A stretch of DNA of 56,168 nt from Octopus bimaculoides (taxonomy: Eukaryota). The stretch lies in the NCBI RefSeq assembly GCF_001194135.2, contig NC_068982.1:57964687-58020854 (forward strand). Reading direction: 5' to 3'. The position numbers and the translations under genes are program-made. The notes beneath the pieces were generated by a model. That model was not told the DNA's origin and did no database searches. It saw only the letters and a list, made by a program, of their open reading frames with translations. Of this stretch, positions 51,513-56,168 are shown piece after piece (the stretch's first letter is position 1; every line of letters begins with the position of its first letter).

Positions 51513-52904
51513 GCAAATGTATATTGTAAAATAATCCATCAAAGAATAGATAGAAATGTACAGTGAGCAAAAGTGTAAGGTTTCCAAGATTATACGAGAC
51601 TATTGAATCACGGTTTTGAAGGTGATAAGTAAAAGTAAGGACGTAACATCAGTCAAAGAATATTCAATACTGCCAGTTTAAAGCCAAAGCCAGACACGAA
51701 TACACACAAACACAAAATGCATGCAGTGTTTAAAATAAGTGAGGCCAAGCTTAGTAAGTAAACACAGGAGTGCTTTTGACTTGGAAGAAAGGGTGCCAGG
51801 GTGTGTGTGTGTTGATTTTGGATAAGTCACAACAAGTGTGTCAGATTCCTTCGCACCTCTCTGTTGACAACTTTGTATTGATTGCACTAACAGTTACAGT
51901 AAAACTTGCTTCTTCAATTAGACGCGTTTATCACAGCTTATCATGAGTCGTCATTACACTTTAGCTCACTCACACTATCTTTCTCAACTTCATATTCTTT
52001 TTCACACATGCAAGCACGCACATACGTGAATGTGTATATGAAATCATAAGCACAAAAATGCATTGGTGCATAGAGACATACATATACACACATCTGATAT
52101 AGTATGATGTTGATTAAAACTTATGAACACAAAACTTTACATTTCTCTCACACCAAACCTATCAAATAAAAAAAAAGGAAAACATGTATACAAGCCAATG
52201 AAGGAGTCCTTATGTGGTTTTCTCAACATGCTAAAAATGACAAGTGAATCTCCTTCAAATCACATCTTGCAGTCTTAGAAAAGAACACATTTGATAATGT
52301 AGTCTTAGGCTACCAGTACATAAGTAAAAGGTGTGACTGTCATGGCTGACCTACAGTTAAAGAAACCAACAACAACAACAACAGCAACAACAAAAAAAAA
52401 AACATCTAAAAACAGAAATAAAAATATATTAAAGAATAATGAAATAATAATGACATCTTTTGACTTGGCACAAGTCTGGATTCTGTGAGAAAGTACACAG
52501 ATTTCTAGACGAAGCTCCAGTACATTACTGGTATCTATTTTATGAACACTGTGTAAATTAAAAGGATAGTCAATCCTGACAAGATTATGGGGTCAACAAG
52601 TAATAATAATCATCATGATGACCAGCACCATCATTTACTGCCCTTTTTTTCCATGCTGGCTTGGGTTGGACAGTTCGATGAGAACAGACAAGCGAAAGGG
52701 TTCTGTGAGGTTCTATGTCTGCTTTGGCATGGTTTCTACAATTGGATGTCATTCCTAATGCCAAACACTTAACAGACTGGGTGTTTTTACATGGCACCAG
52801 TATAGGATTTGAATTCAAAATATAAAGTGCTGAGAGAAATGTGACAAAGCATTGCATCGTATACAAGAATGATTTTGCCAGATGATGATGATGATGATTA
52901 TGAT

Positions 52905-53110
52905 GATTATGGCCCTTTCTGCTATAGGCATAAGGTCAGGGATTTTGTGGGAGGAGGTTAGTCAGTTATATCAATCCCAGAGCTCAACTGGTATTTGTTA
53001 TATCGAGTCTGAAAAGACAAAAGGCAAACCAGATCCTGGTGGAATTTGAACTCAAAGCATTAAGATGGACAGGGTTGCCAAGTGTGCTAATGATTCTGCC
53101 AGCTCTCTGA
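52905..53110 (-). mobile_element. SINE family C; another decayed copy at about 9205-9425
   Basis: Same blocks, ending TGCTAATGATTCTGCCAGCTC. Confidence 0.75.
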
Positions 53111-53989
53111 GAAGAAGGAGGAGGAGGAGGGGAAGAAGAAGAAGAATAGCCATTTATGTATCATACAAATACATCATTGAAAGGCAAATTTACTGAGGTG
53201 TTTATCAGGGGGTAGTATTCCCTATGCAAGTGCTATGTCTAAAAAAAAAATAATATGTGTATATCAAGAGACAGATGTTGTTCTAGCAGCAGTAAATGAG
53301 AACATTAGATGCATTTCTGCTTCACTGAGCATTATCAATAATATGTACTCACTGTCAACATGCTTAGATGAAATCCACCTCCATAGATGTATACATATCT
53401 GTGTTGATGGAAATTTAAACACAGTACATCCATAGAAGATGCTATCTCCAGACAAATAATTCAGTAAATTTTGCCTATCACAATGTATTTACATTAATCC
53501 TTTTGATACCAAACCATCTGAGACTGCCAGAACCAGGAAGGCATGGGATGGGTTGGTGAAATGTATTTTTGGATGTTGAGTCTGATGGAGGAGATGACGA
53601 GTGACAGAGACTTCTGGTGAATTGTTGTGCTTGAAAAGATATGTCAAGCTAAGTAAAATCGTGGACAATGCCAGTGACATGCGAAAGCAATCGTGCCAGT
53701 GATATGTGAAAGGCAATCGTGCTAGTGTCACATAAAAGACAAGTACTCTCGGTGGAGTGGTTAGTGTTAGGAAGGGCATCCAGTCGTAGAAGCCATGCCA
53801 AATCAGACTGGAATCTGGTGCAGCTCTTCAGCTTACCAACCTTGGTTAAATTGTCCAACCCATGCCAGCATGGACAACAGACATTATATAATGATGATGA
53901 TGATGAAACAAGCATCATATTTGACCGAATAATCTGAATACTAAAGAATTAAACGATGATGATGATGTGTTGGAAGCTGGGTTACTTAC

Positions 53990-54114
53990 CATTCTGAATT
54001 TGTGTCATCAATATTCTTCAGCTGCTCTTTTAAGCTGCTATAGTTCTCCTGAAGTGCTCGGAACCTTTCCAAACGTCTGTTATGACTGGATCTTAGCTCA
54101 TTTAATTCTTCCTC
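53990..54114 (-). CDS. CNTLN: Centlein-like coding exon (first in window, 125 nt, phase 0 to 2): EEELNELRSSHNRRLERFRALQENYSSLKEQLKNIDDTNSE(W)
   Basis: Acceptor tttgcatctctttcag and donor TG|gtaagt. Open heptad-rich frame. The terminal TG joins G of the 40762 exon to give TGG. Confidence 0.88.
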
Positions 54115-55139
54115 CTGAAAGAGATGCAAAGTTCCAGAGTGAACAGAATCACCAAAACATTAAGAATATGAATAAATGCTGTTTTACTTGATCTATCATT
54201 ATTCAGCCAGGCAGCTATTCACAATATGAGTTAATGCATTATTCAATTTCCTTTACTGGAGTTAACAAATGCTGGTGTTCTTGCCAGGAACTTCCAGGAT
54301 GATTTTTTGTTTCCCTCCTTCTGTCACCATACTCTCTTTCATACACTGTCTTTGGCATGTCACACTGAGAATATGCTCTGCTACCTCCTGCAATTTATTC
54401 TTTCTTAAGCTTTGAACTACAACTCTCTCACAATGATAAATTGTTCCACTCACCAACCATAACTTCTACTAACACCAAACTTAAAGTCATTACTTTCTTT
54501 CTCAATCTATTCATTTCTCATATTGTAACTTCTCTCAACACCTATTCTTTTTCTTTTGATGATGGAAGCTTTTTCACCTTGTAGACTACAAAGCAACCTG
54601 TGAATTGGTTGACAAACTGAGCAGAGACAACAAAACGGAAAAGACTTGCTCAGACTAAAAGTCTAACAAAGTGCAAAACAACCTCTGTATGTGCTGGTGC
54701 CACTAAAAATGTACCCAGGAGATTCTGCAAAAGTGTTGGTGTTAGGAAGGGCATCCAACTATAGGAGCTGATGACAGGTTGGATCTTGTCAAACTGTCCA
54801 ACTCATGCCAGCATGGAAAGCAGGTGTAAAATGATCACACACACACACACACACACAAATACATGTGCTCACATACATATATGCATGCACGCACACACAC
54901 ACTAATGAGGGACGATCAAATGAAAATCGGAACATCGAATACAATCACCTTGTAGTAATTAGTCCAATTTACATCTCTTTAAGCCAAGGTAGATTTAGCT
55001 ATTCGTCCCACACACATTCAATAGAGTAAATACTAGGTAATGTAGTGGGTTCAAAATAATCAACTAAAACCCTTGAAAGTGATGCTGCAAAGAATGGTAT
55101 CAGTAAAAGAATAAAAGAATTTGTCTTATCATCTGTTAA

Positions 55140-55358
55140 CCCTTTATCATTTAAACTGGTCATATCTGGCCCAAATATTGTACATGTTTTATGTTCAACC
55201 TAGCCATATCTGGCCTCTCACATCTACCTTTCAATGACATTTTAAAAATAAGCAATCATATCATCGAAATCTCAAGGTTACAAGATAATACATGATTAAT
55301 TGAAAACAATGTGGATAAATAAGCATTACATTGACAAAGTAATCTGAATGCTAAAGAG
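55140..55358. mobile_element. piggyBac-type MITE
   Basis: TTAA on both sides (55136-55139, 55359-55362). TIRs CCCTTTATCATT / AATGCTAAAGAG, 10 of 12 matching. Confidence 0.8.
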
Positions 55359-55451
55359 TTAATCTCACTATTGATAAATCTTGGTATTGATCTAAAACAG
55401 ATTGATTATTGTGTTGGTGAGTAAACTTTTGGATAAAAATACTATTGCTTC

Positions 55452-56055
55452 TTTTATTCTTTTACTTGTTTCAGTCGTTTGACAACAGCCATGATGGAAC
55501 ACCACCTTACAGGGTTCTAGTCAAAGAAATCAACCCTAGGACTTATTCTTTGTAAGCCTAGTACTTATTCTATCAGTCTCTTTTGCTGAACTGCTAAGTT
55601 ACGGGGATGTAAACACACAAGCACTGGTTATCAAGCAGTGGGTGGTCGAGACAGGCACAGACACAAAGACACACACACACACACACACACACAGCAATAT
55701 TAAATCTCTGAGCAAGAAGTAAACAGTAGCATCAAGGAATCGTGAAGCATATTTGCCACCTAAATGTGGCGGTCCCATATCCCATAGAGAATGATGCTAC
55801 TGTTGTTTATTGCCCCAAGAGATGTCCTCCTGGGGCTATAAACAACAGTAGCATCGTCCTCTATGGGACCACCACATTTAGGTGGAAAATATATTTCACA
55901 ATATATATATATATATATATATATATACGCATACACATGATGGGCTTCCTTCAGTTTCCATCTACCAAATTCACTCAAGAGGCTTTGGTTGGCCTGGGGC
56001 TATAGTAGAAGACACTTGCCCAAGGTGCCACACAGTGGGACTGAACCCAGAACTA
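55452..56055 (-). mobile_element. SINE family A split by the fold-back hairpin
   Basis: Tail half at 55452-55690, head half at 55900-56055. Confidence 0.8.
55742..55899. repeat. 158-bp fold-back hairpin inside the microsatellite of a SINE
   Basis: Arms of about 75 bp, loop ATGTC (55822-55826), and a 7-bp TCCCATA duplication in the left arm. Confidence 0.9.
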
Positions 56056-56168
56056 TGAATACATCAACTATTTGTTTTGAGTAATGTCTTACAGAAATAG
56101 AAAAGTCTAAGTCAATTTTTCCAACGTGTCAATTAGGAGGTGGGAGTGGGGGTGGGGGGAAGAATATC

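Noticed and set aside
53346-53398. Minus-strand exon candidate ending at a gtgagt donor
   Set aside because: Frames are either not phase-compatible with the neighbouring centlein exons or not coiled-coil-like.
54904-54935. Mariner-TIR-like TAATGAGGGACGATCAAATGAAAATCGG
   Set aside because: No partner TIR or transposase found nearby.

Overview
This is eukaryotic, AT-rich, microsatellite-saturated intronic DNA with 12 assembly gaps. The repeat landscape suggests a coleoid cephalopod, probably Octopus (inference). The ORF track is almost entirely microsatellite noise. Manual splice-aware reading finds three phase-compatible coding exons on the minus strand (54114-53990, 40762-40631, 22694-22594). 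They splice into one open coiled-coil peptide containing DSDAVWNELAYFK, which I recognise as centlein (CNTLN); the gene runs off both ends of the window. The introns contain: (1) a decayed 5'-truncated RTE LINE whose 3' UTR matches an abundant short repeat; (2) 3' fragments of a BovB-like RTE and a HERO-like restriction-endonuclease LINE; (3) at least four tRNA-headed SINE families; (4) a cluster of three Tc1/mariner-superfamily elements, one with an internal inversion and a nested SINE; (5) hAT- and piggyBac-type MITEs with target-site duplications; (6) a Penelope-like hammerhead motif; (7) two long fold-back palindromes in or beside (TA)n tracts; (8) a perfect 51-bp palindrome at a LINE 5' junction; (9) a dimeric higher-order minisatellite. 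There is no CRISPR, rRNA or intact tRNA gene. I found no clearly new molecular system; the best leads are the fold-back elements, the hammerhead-like motif and the inverted-SINE bracketing of a symmetric exon. Family names come from recalled motifs, not database searches, and element boundaries without TSDs are approximate.
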